The notes beneath the pieces were generated by a model. That model was given only the letters and a program-made list of their open reading frames with translations. It was not told the DNA's origin and searched no databases. The position numbers and the translations under genes were made by a program. Of a DNA stretch of 64,000 nucleotides, positions 63,462-64,000 are shown in pieces. Numbering within the stretch: the first letter of the stretch is position 1; each line of letters begins with the position of its first letter. The DNA is from Candidatus Dadabacteria bacterium (GTDB lineage: Bacteria > Desulfobacterota_D > UBA1144 > Nemesobacterales > CSP1-2): assembly GCA_963805855.1 (NCBI GenBank), contig CAWDVW010000005.1, positions 416,001 through 480,000 of the forward strand, in the 5' to 3' direction.

Positions 63462-64000
63462 ATGTTAAAGGTTGCAATAGGGCATAGTGATGATGTGGAT
63501 TCGGCAGACGCAATCGAAGCAGTCCTGGAACAATGCCGGGACTCCCTCAATGGGCTATCTGCCCAAGCAGGCTTATTGTTTTCTTCTATTGACCAGGATT
63601 TTCAGTTAATTCTCGACAAAATCAATGAAACCTACCCGGGAATTGAACTAATCGGTTGTTCGACTGACGGTGAATTTTCCTCGGTGCTAGGTTTTGCGGA
63701 AGACTCCATAGCGCTGACATTGTTTCATTCCGATGAGTGCGAATGGAAAGCAGGTGTAGGACGTGATATTTCCAAGGACCCGATTGGAATTGTTGAGCAG
63801 GCGGTGAAATCGGTTATGCCTCAACTTCACCAGGAACCGAAATTGTGTATTGTCACTCCGGAAAGTTTAACAGTCAGTGGTGACTCCATTCTGGAGGGAC
63901 TGCGAAAACAGTTAGGAAAAAACTTCCCCATTATTGGGGGAACAGCCGGAGATCAATTGAGAGTAAAGCAGACCTATCAATTTTATAAGGATCAGGTCTT
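63462..64000 (+). CDS. FIST N-terminal domain protein (partial, runs off the window)
   Basis: AGGAG RBS; MLKVAIGHSDDVDS, LIGCSTDGE, PIIGGTAGD; open to the window end; absent from the ORF track. Confidence 0.85.
   Translation, partial: MLKVAIGHSDDVDSADAIEAVLEQCRDSLNGLSAQAGLLFSSIDQDFQLILDKINETYPGIELIGCSTDGEFSSVLGFAEDSIALTLFHSDECEWKAGVGRDISKDPIGIVEQAVKSVMPQLHQEPKLCIVTPESLTVSGDSILEGLRKQLGKNFPIIGGTAGDQLRVKQTYQFYKDQV

Overview
Bacterial chromosomal window with AT-rich intergenic DNA; taxon not determinable from sequence alone. No rRNA, tRNA or CRISPR array seen. (1) 1.6-12 kb: pentose-phosphate cluster ppgK-tkt-tal/pgi fusion-HAD-rpiA-rpe-zwf-pgl with no gnd. (2) 12-25.5 kb: NCS2 permease, HExxH lipoprotein, a plant-type galacturonokinase-like kinase paired with a nucleotidyltransferase, a heterodimeric ABC exporter split by a palindrome-flanked DUF559 nuclease, and envelope genes. 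(3) 25.6-31.7 kb: decayed integron-like array (intI fragment, attI-like site, half attC, GC-rich minus-strand cargo genes, three of them ending next to copies of an ~80-bp repeat). (4) 32-36 kb: VapBC, AKR, thioesterase and a GAF-sigma54 activator whose putative operator recurs before a sigma54 promoter 17 kb away. (5) 36.5-64 kb: cyclic-nucleotide signalling island with four class III cyclase/STAND ATPase proteins plus a fragment, a double cNMP-binding polyferredoxin, an intact/degenerate DUF2652 pair, three tandem DUF4242 genes, flavoenzymes, a repeat-flanked GIY-YIG nuclease and a partial FIST gene. Eleven apparent frameshifts all read as +1 shifts and are probably sequencing errors. Family calls come from motif recognition, not database searches.
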